Assembly (NCBI GenBank): GCA_016794805.1
Contig: JAEUJI010000033.1
Location: 4,769-68,768 of the forward strand
Reading direction: 5' to 3'
Origin: Gemmatimonadota bacterium
GTDB lineage: Bacteria; Gemmatimonadota; Gemmatimonadetes; Gemmatimonadales; GWC2-71-9
Length of the DNA: 64,000 bases
The first letter of the stretch is position 1, and each line of letters opens with the position of its first letter. Below are positions 35,295 through 43,463 of this stretch, one piece after another. The notes under the pieces are model-generated. The model was not told where the DNA came from and did no database searches. It saw only the letters and a list, made by a program, of their open reading frames with translations. The translations under genes and the position numbers were made by a program.

Positions 35295-35757
35295 TCATCA
35301 CCTCGGTGGATTTGATCACGGCAAGGACCTGGTCGCCAATCTTGAGCCGCAGTCGTTCCGCGGAACGACGCGTGATGATCGAGACCAGCTCCTGGCCGCC
35401 GATCTCGAGCCGCACTTCGCACATGAGTCCGTCGAGTGTGAGTCCCGCGATGCGGCCGCGCAGCTGGTTCCGGGCGCTCAGCTCCACGCCTCCCGCCGGC
35501 GCGGCGGCGCCCTTCGCCCCCAGCAGCGCCTCCACCCGGTCCCGCGGAAACAGCCATTTTCTCCCCACCCGCGTCGCCGGCAGCTTTCCTTCCCGCGCCA
35601 GCGCCTGGACCCGCTTCACGTTGAGGTGCAGCAACCGGGCAGTCTCGGCGACGGTCAGGAGTTCCAGGCGACCTTCCGGGTAATGGAGGCGGGGCCGGAT
35701 AAAGTGGGGGCTGCGACGGCCGGAGGGAAGGGGCGGGTGGGGGGAAGAGCGGATCAA
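35281..35757 (-). CDS. excisionase-type HTH plus TOBE (Mop) domain regulator
   Basis: LLTVAETARLLHLNVKRVQALAREGKLPATRVGRKWLF is an HTH_17-like segment. It is followed by SARNQLRGRIAGLTLDGLMCEVRLEIGGQELVSIITRRSAERLRLKIGDQVLAVIKSTEVMI (TOBE). The start is uncertain (TTG 35757). Confidence 0.7.
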   Translation of the reverse strand: MIRSSPHPPLPSGRRSPHFIRPRLHYPEGRLELLTVAETARLLHLNVKRVQALAREGKLPATRVGRKWLFPRDRVEALLGAKGAAAPAGGVELSARNQLRGRIAGLTLDGLMCEVRLEIGGQELVSIITRRSAERLRLKIGDQVLAVIKSTEVMIGRD

Positions 35758-35792
35758 CGGCGTGGCAGGAGCCCCTCCGGGTGACTGTCCGC

Positions 35793-36746
35793 CTAGAAAC
35801 GAACCTGCACCTGCGTCTGGAGCGCGCCCTTCCGGGCCCCGGGATCTCCGATCTTCCGGCTCACGTAGAACGCCGATAACCGGACCGTGGCCGGTACTAC
35901 GAACCAGTTGATCCCGCCGCTCACCGCCCGATTGGCCTGCTGCAGGCTGATCGCCTCTCGATCGAAGTCCTCATACTTGGCCACCAGCTGGACCGCGGGC
36001 GTCACCTTGTAGCCCCCGAGCGCGAACCACCCGCGATCGTTCTTCCCTCCAGCGCTGTCCCTGGCCCCGGCTACGACTTCGCCGCGCAGGACCAGCGCCT
36101 TGTGCTCGATCGAAATGTCCGCGCCGTAGCGGGTACTGTCGCCGAAGTACCGGGCGACATTGGCCCCGACCGTCACCTCTGGGATCGGCCGCACAGTCAC
36201 TCGCGCCACCCCCAGCACCGTCGAATCCCGGTTGGCGGTCACGTTCTGCCCTTCGCCGTTGAAGACGCCCGCCACCAGGAGGAGATGCTTGCCCGCCTGG
36301 TAATCGGCCTGCATGCCGATGTCCCGCTTCGGCGCGATTGAGTCCACTACCGTGGACCGGTCCAGTGTCTCGATATCCGCGATGGAAGCGATGTACTCGC
36401 GGGTGAACGGCGTCTTCATCTGGCCCACCTGGATGCCCAGCGCGTGGCGGGACCAGCGGATGTAGGCATCCGTCAGCGATACCGACGCCCGCCCAGTTCC
36501 CACGTTTCCGGTGCGGAACTCCGCCTGCAACCGGTAGGAGAAGTTGGTGGCGATGGCGCCGGTGGCCTGCAGCCGGGCCCGGTTGAGGGTGGCGGTGAGC
36601 CCGAGGTCCTTCTGGTAGGCCAGGCGGGCCTGCATGTAGCCGCCGAGTTTCACCGGGGTCGAAGTGGCCACCGGCGCGGACTGCTGGGCAAGCACGGCGG
36701 GCGGGGCGAAGCCCATGAACAGGGAGAGTACGACCGAACGGCGCAT
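35793..36746 (-). CDS. outer-membrane porin (phosphate-selective porin O/P-like)
   Basis: Signal peptide MRRSVVLSLFMGFAPPAVLAQQ, beta-strand periodicity, and C-terminal ...QTQVQVRF. Trimmed to ATG 36746. Confidence 0.7.
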   Translation of the reverse strand: MRRSVVLSLFMGFAPPAVLAQQSAPVATSTPVKLGGYMQARLAYQKDLGLTATLNRARLQATGAIATNFSYRLQAEFRTGNVGTGRASVSLTDAYIRWSRHALGIQVGQMKTPFTREYIASIADIETLDRSTVVDSIAPKRDIGMQADYQAGKHLLLVAGVFNGEGQNVTANRDSTVLGVARVTVRPIPEVTVGANVARYFGDSTRYGADISIEHKALVLRGEVVAGARDSAGGKNDRGWFALGGYKVTPAVQLVAKYEDFDREAISLQQANRAVSGGINWFVVPATVRLSAFYVSRKIGDPGARKGALQTQVQVRF

Positions 36747-36786
36747 TCCGGGTTCCTGGTTCAGGTGAATGGGAAGCGGAATCGCC

Positions 36787-37860
36787 TCAGGCGTACGCAG
36801 CCACGCTCGTGGCCTTGAAGGAGGCGTAGACCCGCTGGCCTGCCGTGAGCCCCATGGCGTGGGACGCCTGGGCCGTGACCTCCGCAACGAACGACGGCGC
36901 GGGACCCAGCACCACCCGGACCCGCTCCCCGTGCGGTGGCTCGGGCAGGATTTCCTCCACCACGCCAGGAAAGACGTTCCGGGCGCTCGCGCTCGGCGGT
37001 TCCCGCGACAACGTCACCTGGTCGGGACTCACCACCAGGAACAGCTCCTCCCCCGCCTCGGCGGCGAGCAGCGTCACCAGGCCGCGCGGCGTCTCGAGCG
37101 CCACCTCGTCCCCCGGACCGCGATGGCGCACCCGCCCGGGGAGCAGGTTGAGCCCCAGCAGCGTGGCCACATAGCGGGTGCGCGGCCGGCGCAGCAGCGC
37201 GGGCGCATCGCCGGTCTGCGCCACCCGCCCCCGCTCCAGCACCGCGATCCGGTCGCCGAACAGCATCGCCTCCATCGGGGCATGGGTGACGAAGACCGTG
37301 ACGCAGGGCAGTTCGCGCAGGGTGCGGCGGAGCTCGGTCCGCACCGCGTGCCGGGTCTCCAGGTCGAGCGCGGACAGCGGCTCGTCGAGCAGCAGCAGAG
37401 CCGGCTCCAGCACCAGCGCCCGGGCCAGCGCCACCCGCTGCTGCTGGCCCCCGGAGAGCTGGCTCGGCCGGCGCTCCGCCAGCGCCGTCAGCCCCAGCCG
37501 CTCGAGCATCGCCGCCGCCATCCCGCGCGATGTCCGCCGGCCGTGCCCCGACGCCACCAGCCCGAACCCGACGTTGTCCAGCACCGAGAGGTGGGGGAAC
37601 AGCGCGTAGTCCTGCGACAGGTACCCGACCGCCCGCCGCTGGGGCGACCACCACTGACGGGTCCCGGTGTCGCACCAGGTGGCCCCGTCGCACTCGATGC
37701 GCCCCGCATCGGGCCGGAGCAGTCCCGCCAGCAGCCGCAGGACGGTCGTCTTTCCCGAGCCGCTCTCTCCCACGAGCACGAGGGTGCTGCCGGGGGCCGC
37801 CTCGAGCTCGCACTCGAGGCGGAACTCACCCAGCGCGTGGCGGAGCGAAGCGCGGAGCAC
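36787..37860 (-). CDS. modC: molybdate ABC transporter ATP-binding protein
   Basis: GESGSGKT, LSGGQQQRVALARAL and LLLLDEPLSALD motifs, plus a TOBE-like C-terminus. GTG 37860 is the assumed start. Confidence 0.8.
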   Translation of the reverse strand: MLRASLRHALGEFRLECELEAAPGSTLVLVGESGSGKTTVLRLLAGLLRPDAGRIECDGATWCDTGTRQWWSPQRRAVGYLSQDYALFPHLSVLDNVGFGLVASGHGRRTSRGMAAAMLERLGLTALAERRPSQLSGGQQQRVALARALVLEPALLLLDEPLSALDLETRHAVRTELRRTLRELPCVTVFVTHAPMEAMLFGDRIAVLERGRVAQTGDAPALLRRPRTRYVATLLGLNLLPGRVRHRGPGDEVALETPRGLVTLLAAEAGEELFLVVSPDQVTLSREPPSASARNVFPGVVEEILPEPPHGERVRVVLGPAPSFVAEVTAQASHAMGLTAGQRVYASFKATSVAAYA

Positions 37861-38674
37861 GGGGAGGCGCGAAGAGGCCCAGGCCCGCCTGCCGCATCCC
37901 GGCGAGGAGGACGGCGGCCATGACGATGAGCAGCAGCGAGAGCGTGGCGGCGGCTTCGAGGTCCTCATGCAGGAGCAGGTAGACATCCAGGGGAACGGTA
38001 CGGGTGACGCCCGCGAGATTGCCGGCAAAGGTGATCGTGGCGCCGAACTCCCCGAGCGCCCGCGCCCACGCCATGCCCAGCCCCGCGACCAGGCTGGGCA
38101 GGGCCAGCGGCAGCCGGACCCGCCAGAAGGTGTGCATCTCCCCGGCCCGCAGCGTCGCCGCCGCGTCGAGGTAGCGCGGATCCACCGCGGAAAATCCCGC
38201 CCGGGCCGCCCCGACGAAGAAGGGGACCGCCATGAAGACCTGAGCCAGGACCACGCCGGCCGTCGTGAACGGCAGGGAGATCCCGAAAGCCGTCAGGGTC
38301 CCGCCCAGCAGTCCCGCCCGGCCGAACGCCATCAGCAGCGCGAACCCCGCCACCGTCGGCGGGATCACCATCGGCAGGTCCATCAGGATTTCCAGCACCC
38401 GCTTGCCCGGGAAGGCGCGGGTCGCGAGGAGGTGCGCCATGGGGAGCCCGATCACCACCGAGACCAGCGCAGCCGCCACGCTGGTCGTCAGGCTCAGCCG
38501 AAGCGCCTCCTGCACGCTCGGATTGCCGAGCTGCGCCAGCAGCGTCCCCGGCGGCACCCGCAGGACCAGAGCCACGACCGGAAGCGCCACCAGGGCTGCG
38601 ACCAGCGCCGCGAGCCCCAGCATCAGCGCCCGTCCGAGCGGCTCCCTCCAGCGTGGCGAGGACGCGGCGATCAT
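37826..38674 (-). CDS. modB: molybdate ABC transporter permease
   Basis: LPMVIPPTVAGFALL and DAAATLRAGEMHTFWRVRLPLA (EAA loop). Confidence 0.85.
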   Translation of the reverse strand: MIAASSPRWREPLGRALMLGLAALVAALVALPVVALVLRVPPGTLLAQLGNPSVQEALRLSLTTSVAAALVSVVIGLPMAHLLATRAFPGKRVLEILMDLPMVIPPTVAGFALLMAFGRAGLLGGTLTAFGISLPFTTAGVVLAQVFMAVPFFVGAARAGFSAVDPRYLDAAATLRAGEMHTFWRVRLPLALPSLVAGLGMAWARALGEFGATITFAGNLAGVTRTVPLDVYLLLHEDLEAAATLSLLLIVMAAVLLAGMRQAGLGLFAPPRAPRFAPPRAG

Positions 38675-39480
38675 CGGCGGGGCGCCGGCGGCAGGAACCC
38701 CCGCGTTGCCAGCAACGCCTGCCCCTCCGGACCGAGCACCAGGGCGATGAATGCCCCGGCCAGCTCCCGGTGGCCGCCTGCCACCACGGCGATGGGATAC
38801 TCGGCGATCGGATTGTAGGGATCGGGGATCTCGAGGATGGTGAGTGCGTCCCGGTCGCGCGCCCCGACATCGGTCGCGTAGGCGATACCGGCGTCCGCCT
38901 CGCGGAGCCGGACCTTGGCCACCACCGCCCGCACATTCTCCTCCTCGGAGACCAGGTTCGCGAGCACCTGACGATCGAAGGCCGCCGGGAACCCCGGAGC
39001 ACCATTCAGTCGGCGCAGTGATTCACGGCTGTACCCGCCAGCGGGAACCTGGGCACCAGCCAGCACCAGCTTGAGGCCAGGCCGGGTCAGATCCTGCAGC
39101 TTCTCGACGTAGCCGGGGTTGGCCCGGGGGATCACGACCACGAGCCGGTTGCGGGCAAAGGTCGCCGCATCGCCGGCGAGCAACCTCCGGTCTCGGGCGT
39201 ACTGCATCCAGCGCTGGTCCGCGGTGGCGAGCACGTCGGCTCTCGCGCCCTGTTCCAGCTGCGTGGCCAGCACCTGGCTTCCGGAATAGTTGAGCCGCAC
39301 CGTCACGCCGGGATGGGCCCGCTCGAACGCACGACCGAGATCGTTGAAGGCCTCGGTCAGCGACGCGGCGGCAAAGACGGAAAGGACCTGCTGGCCAGCG
39401 AGCGGGAGGGCGGGAAGCAATGCGCCCGCGAGCAGCACCACTCCGAATTGGAGGTGGGCGCGTTGGGGGGTCAATGGCAT
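38671..39480 (-). CDS. modA: molybdate-binding periplasmic protein
   Basis: Signal peptide. LSVFAAASLTEAFNDLGRAFE...YSGSQVLATQLEQGARADVLATAD is a ModA pattern. ATGA-type overlap with modB. Confidence 0.85.
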   Translation of the reverse strand: MPLTPQRAHLQFGVVLLAGALLPALPLAGQQVLSVFAAASLTEAFNDLGRAFERAHPGVTVRLNYSGSQVLATQLEQGARADVLATADQRWMQYARDRRLLAGDAATFARNRLVVVIPRANPGYVEKLQDLTRPGLKLVLAGAQVPAGGYSRESLRRLNGAPGFPAAFDRQVLANLVSEEENVRAVVAKVRLREADAGIAYATDVGARDRDALTILEIPDPYNPIAEYPIAVVAGGHRELAGAFIALVLGPEGQALLATRGFLPPAPRR

Positions 39481-39494
39481 CCTTTGAGCCTAGA

Positions 39495-39545
39495 ATTAAG
39501 GACTTAAAGGATATACAAGGTTATTTAAGGAAACTCAAGGAAGCC
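39495..39545 (-). promoter_or_regulatory. five phased CCTT decamers in an AT-rich promoter region of modA
   Basis: The minus strand reads TTCCTTGAGT TTCCTTAAAT AACCTTGTAT ATCCTTTAAG TCCTTAATTC. On the plus strand AAGG falls at 39498, 39507, 39517, 39527 and 39537. An embedded TTGAGT-N17-TATATC is present. Confidence 0.6.
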
Positions 39546-39572
39546 TATGAGCCCACCAACCGCGGCACCCGG

Positions 39573-40022
39573 TCAGGCGACCAGGGTGTTCACCAGCTCC
39601 ACGAAAATGGCGGTGTCGATCGGCTTGTGCAGCACACCCCGGGCTCCCAGCTCGATGGCCTCGTCCTGGATGGACGGAGAGCTATCCCCGGTCACCACCA
39701 CCACCGGGATGCTGGCGGTCACGTGGTTGTGGCGCAGTTGCCGGAGGAGCTGCAGTCCTCCCCCTGCGGGCATGTGCCAGTCGACCAGGATGAACTTGGG
39801 CTGCAGCCGCTGCGCCACCATGAATCCCTGCACGGCGTCGTAGGCCGAGACCGTCGCGAGCCCGCGGCTCGCCAGCACGGCCCCGATCAGCCGCGTCATC
39901 TCGGCATCATCATCCACCACGAGCACCGTGGCGCCGATGGCCCGCTGGGGGCCGGTGCCTGCCAGCTCGTACTTGAGCCCGGCGGAGGGCCGTTTCCGCT
40001 CGTCCATTCGTTGCACCCTCAC
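39573..40022 (-). CDS. single-domain response regulator (CheY-like)
   Basis: VLVVDDDAEM...FILVDWHMPAGGG...PVVVVTG...VLHKPID. The start may be ATG 40007. Confidence 0.85.
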   Translation of the reverse strand: MRVQRMDERKRPSAGLKYELAGTGPQRAIGATVLVVDDDAEMTRLIGAVLASRGLATVSAYDAVQGFMVAQRLQPKFILVDWHMPAGGGLQLLRQLRHNHVTASIPVVVVTGDSSPSIQDEAIELGARGVLHKPIDTAIFVELVNTLVA

Positions 40023-40508
40023 CCCTTTTGAGATCCGAACAAAGTATCGTCCGGCGAGTCAGGCCGCTTTAGTAACCCACCGGCTCTCAACGCGGATCGC
40101 CTGTCGAGTGACCGAAAATCGGGCATTTCCGCGAGTTCAGGTTCGGGGAGCAGGCCCCCGCTTCAACTCCTTGGGCCCCATGGCGCTCGCTCAAAGGCGA
40201 GGGAGTCAACCCCCGAAGACCCTTTCCGGCCGGTCCTCGAGGGGGGCTGGACAGAGTGTGGGCCGGAAGCCAGACTGGCCATGCGGCTCCCGACACGTCG
40301 GGGCCGTGTTTGCATCCTCCGACCAACCGGAGGGTTCGATCTCGCGACTGACAGCACCCTTGGGTCGCGACCCCTATCTGCGGGGGGGGCGAGGTGTACT
40401 TGGGGAGCCGGTAGGATCGCCACCGCGGTCCTAGTCGAGGGGGGGAGAGCCCCACCGGCTCGAGCGGACACCAGACCGAGTCCCGCATCACGTCGAAAAG
40501 AGGAGTTT

Positions 40509-41741
40509 GTGAAAGTCCTGGTGTTGGGCTGTGGCGCGGTGGGGACCGTGTCCGCCCTGAAGTTCGCGCAGGAGCCCTCCTGCGAGCAGCTCGTCGTGGC
40601 CGACGCGGTGCCGGGCCGGGCCCAGCAACTGGCCGACCGGATCGGGCGGCCGCACGTCCTGGCCCTGACGCTCAACGCGGGTGACCGTCACGCGGTGGCT
40701 CGTGCCCTCCGAGAGACCCAGAGCACCATCCTGCTCAATGCCGCGCTGCCGGCCACGAACCTGGTCGTCATGCGCGCCTGCCTGGACGCCGGCGCCGATT
40801 ACATCGACATGGCCTCGGGGGGAGCCGAGAACGACGGTACCCCGAAGCTGCCGGACCAGTTTGCCCTCGACGCCGAGTTCCGGGCCGCGGGCCGCCTGGC
40901 GCTCCTCGGGATGGGCGCCGACCCCGGCACCAGCAATGTGTACGCGGCCTACGCGGCCAAGCACCTCCTGGACGAGGTGACCGAGCTTCGCATCCGCGAC
41001 GGCGACACCTCGGTCTGCGCCGGCCACGATGGGTTCCTGGCGACATTTTCGCCCTGGGTGTTCATCGACGAGTGCACCTGCGGCGCCGTGTCGTGGCGCG
41101 ATGGCGCCTACCACCTCGAGGAGGCGCTGACCGGCTACGAGCCGTTCAACTTCCCCGAGCTGGGCGTCCTGAACACCTATTACGTGGACCACGAGGAGGC
41201 GCGTACCCTGCCGATGTTCTTCCCCGGCATTCGGGTGGCGGACTTCAAGCTCTGCCTGGACGAGACCACCTGGGCCACGCTCAAGGTGCTCAAGGACCTG
41301 GGGCTCAACCGGAAGGACAAGGTGCGCGTGGGAGATGTCGAGGTCTCTCCGCGGGACCTCGTGGTCTCGCTGCTGCCGGAGCCGCGCGACCTGGCCGGAC
41401 GGATGCACGGCAAGACCTGCGTCGGCACCCTGGCCCGCGGCATCCGCGACGGGCAGGAGCGGGCCTATTACATCTACAACGTGACCAGCCAGGAGCATTC
41501 CTACCGGGAGCTGGGGGTGCAGGCCACGGCCTACCAGACCGGGATTCCGCCGGTCATCGCCGCGCGCCTCATCGCCTCCGGTGAATGGACCGGCACCGGC
41601 GTGCTGTCGCCGGAGCAGCTCGATCCCGATCCCTTCATGCGGCTGCTGGACGAGAGCGGCATGCCCTGGCACATCCGGGACGAGGAGACCGGCATCCTGG
41701 ATCCGGAGTACATCTGGATCGAGGAGCCGCTGGCGGCGTAA
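40509..41741 (+). CDS. saccharopine dehydrogenase family NAD(P)-binding protein
   Basis: GTG 40509 preceded by AAGAGGAG. Rossmann motif KVLVLGCGAVG, with N- and C-terminal Sacchrp_dh-like regions. The track ORF from 40281 is an upstream artefact. Confidence 0.8.
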   Translation: MKVLVLGCGAVGTVSALKFAQEPSCEQLVVADAVPGRAQQLADRIGRPHVLALTLNAGDRHAVARALRETQSTILLNAALPATNLVVMRACLDAGADYIDMASGGAENDGTPKLPDQFALDAEFRAAGRLALLGMGADPGTSNVYAAYAAKHLLDEVTELRIRDGDTSVCAGHDGFLATFSPWVFIDECTCGAVSWRDGAYHLEEALTGYEPFNFPELGVLNTYYVDHEEARTLPMFFPGIRVADFKLCLDETTWATLKVLKDLGLNRKDKVRVGDVEVSPRDLVVSLLPEPRDLAGRMHGKTCVGTLARGIRDGQERAYYIYNVTSQEHSYRELGVQATAYQTGIPPVIAARLIASGEWTGTGVLSPEQLDPDPFMRLLDESGMPWHIRDEETGILDPEYIWIEEPLAA

Positions 41742-41751
41742 CCAGGGAACA

Positions 41752-41814
41752 GCGGGGAAACGGAGAAGCGGGGAAACGGAGGTTCGCCGTTTCTCCGCTT
41801 CTCCGTTTCTCCGG
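41752..41814. terminator. 28-bp hairpin made of 16-nt tandem repeats (bidirectional terminator, GAAACGG family)
   Basis: GCGGGGAAACGGAGAA GCGGGGAAACGG - AGGTTCG - CCGTTTCTCCGCTTCTCCGTTTCTCCGG. It lies between convergent stops at 41741 and 41825. Confidence 0.8.
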
Positions 41815-41824
41815 GTCACCTCGA

Positions 41825-42637
41825 CTAGAACGCGGCGCTCACCCCCACCGCCCCCGGCTCCAGCAGGAATCTCGGCGCCGAGATCCCGAACACCCGCCAG
41901 CGCCCGTTCATCAGCTTGACGCTGGTGATCCCGACCAAGGCGCCGGCCAGGACGTCACTCCCCCAGTGCCGGTTGTCGTTGAGGCGGGACCAGCTGGTGA
42001 GGCCGGCGGCCCCGTAGAGCAGGACCGTCGCGGGAGTGGAGTGCAGCTCGTCGCCGACGCCCGTCGCGAGCGCGAAGGCCATGGCGGTGTGCCCCGAGGG
42101 CCAGGAGTCCCGGTTCGAGAAGGGGGTGAACTCGAAGGCGTCCCCGGTTTCCGCAGGCCGCCGCCGCCCCACGAGCGGCTTGAGCAGGTTGGTGACGACC
42201 GCGGCCGTCAGCAGCCCCGCGGTCATCCGCCCGCCGGCCCGGGTCACCCGGTCATCTCCCAGGATCACTCCGGCGGCGATGGTCCCCAGCGCGGGCACGG
42301 CGTACACGGTGGGCTCGCCCATCCGCTTGAACACCCGGGCGACGTCGTCCTTCCCCTCGCTGCGGTGGGCCTGGAGTTCCTCCCGCAGCGACTCATCGCT
42401 CAGGGAGACGAGCGCGACCGCACCCATGGCGCCGAGCCCGTGGTACCAGCGCACGGCGGCCGGAGCCCCGGCGCGGGTCGGGACGAGTGCCGGCCTCGCG
42501 AACACCGGCGCAGGACCGGACCCGAGGTCCCAGCGCGGCAGGGGGGCGGGGCGGACCTGGCCCGCCAGTCCGCCGCCCAGCAGCACGACCAGGGCGAACA
42601 GGGTGGCCGACGGACGCGGGCTCAAGTTGCGCGGCAT
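41825..42637 (-). CDS. PAP2-family phosphatase
   Basis: KPLVGRRRP, WPSGHT and SRLNDNRHWGSD form the tripartite PAP2 motif. Confidence 0.85.
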   Translation of the reverse strand: MPRNLSPRPSATLFALVVLLGGGLAGQVRPAPLPRWDLGSGPAPVFARPALVPTRAGAPAAVRWYHGLGAMGAVALVSLSDESLREELQAHRSEGKDDVARVFKRMGEPTVYAVPALGTIAAGVILGDDRVTRAGGRMTAGLLTAAVVTNLLKPLVGRRRPAETGDAFEFTPFSNRDSWPSGHTAMAFALATGVGDELHSTPATVLLYGAAGLTSWSRLNDNRHWGSDVLAGALVGITSVKLMNGRWRVFGISAPRFLLEPGAVGVSAAF

Positions 42638-42683
42638 GGCGGCAATCTAGTACCTTCGTGCGACCCGAAACCATTCATTAATT

Positions 42684-43061
42684 ATGCGCCCGACCCGCCT
42701 GCTCCTCCTCGCCCTCCTCGCGGTCGCCTCCCTCGGCGCCTGCCGCGACTACAATTTCAAGCGGCACGTCTCCAGCCAGGACGGACTGATCCCGGCGGAC
42801 CAATACGCCCGCTACGGTCGCGAACAGGCCATTGCGGTGGCGATCGGGCGTGAGTTCGCCCGGCCCTACAACTCAGGGCCCGAGGCGCAGGTGGACGTGG
42901 CCATCAACTACGCCCGCACCAACTTCGCGAAGGACATCCGGGACATCTCCGGGGATCCGCAGAGCAACCGGATCGTGGTCACCTTCGTCAGCGGCTGGCG
43001 CACCGCGATCGTGCCGATTGCGGATGGCAAGACCGGGGCGGACACCAGGATCCCCTCCTGA
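42684..43061 (+). CDS. hypothetical lipoprotein
   Basis: Lipobox VASLGAC. Confidence 0.6.
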   Translation: MRPTRLLLLALLAVASLGACRDYNFKRHVSSQDGLIPADQYARYGREQAIAVAIGREFARPYNSGPEAQVDVAINYARTNFAKDIRDISGDPQSNRIVVTFVSGWRTAIVPIADGKTGADTRIPS

Positions 43062-43093
43062 GCCGAGCCCCGGCCGCGCGTCATTGACCCTGA

Positions 43094-43125
43094 GGGGCGG
43101 GCCCGGTGCCCGCCCCTTGGTGTAT
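43094..43125 (+). terminator. hairpin terminator
   Basis: GGGGCGGGC-CCGGT-GCCCGCCCC followed by TTGGTGTAT. Confidence 0.45.
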
Positions 43126-43136
43126 CCGGAGGCCCC

Positions 43137-43463
43137 ATGACCGACCTCCTGGTCGTCACCACCACCGTGCCCGACGAGGCCCTGGCCGACAAGATCGCGG
43201 CCGCGGCCGTGCAGGGACGGCTCGCCGCCTGTGCCCAGGTGCAGGGGCCGGTGCGGAGCACCTTCCACTGGCAGGGGGCGGTGGAGCAGGCCACCGAGTG
43301 GTACTGCCACTGCAAGACCACCCGGGCGCGCTACCCGGAACTGGAACGCCTGATCCGCTCGCTGCACCCGTATGCCGTGCCGGAGATCATCGCCCTGCCG
43401 ATCCTCGCCGGGCATGCGGCCTTTCTCGACTGGATCAGCGACACCCTCGCGGCGGACCGATGA
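43137..43463 (+). CDS. cutA: divalent-cation tolerance protein CutA
   Basis: 108 aa. LVVTTTVPDEALADKIAAAAVQGRLAACAQV...HPYAVPEIIALP. Confidence 0.85.
   Translation: MTDLLVVTTTVPDEALADKIAAAAVQGRLAACAQVQGPVRSTFHWQGAVEQATEWYCHCKTTRARYPELERLIRSLHPYAVPEIIALPILAGHAAFLDWISDTLAADR

Noticed and set aside
39547-39843. 98-aa plus-strand ORF with an apparently ideal AAGGA ribosome-binding site.
   Set aside because: It lies entirely antisense to the well-supported receiver gene (39573-40022). Its translation is Ser/Thr/Cys/Pro-rich junk, and the RBS-like motif is just one copy of the phased AAGG/CCTT repeat.
40329-40350. GGTTCGATC, a tRNA T-loop-like or tmRNA-like string, and GGGGGGCTGG near 40241.
   Set aside because: The flanking bases do not form a T-stem, acceptor stem or anticodon arm, and no CCA-proximal acceptor pairing is present. 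There is no tRNA or tmRNA in the window.
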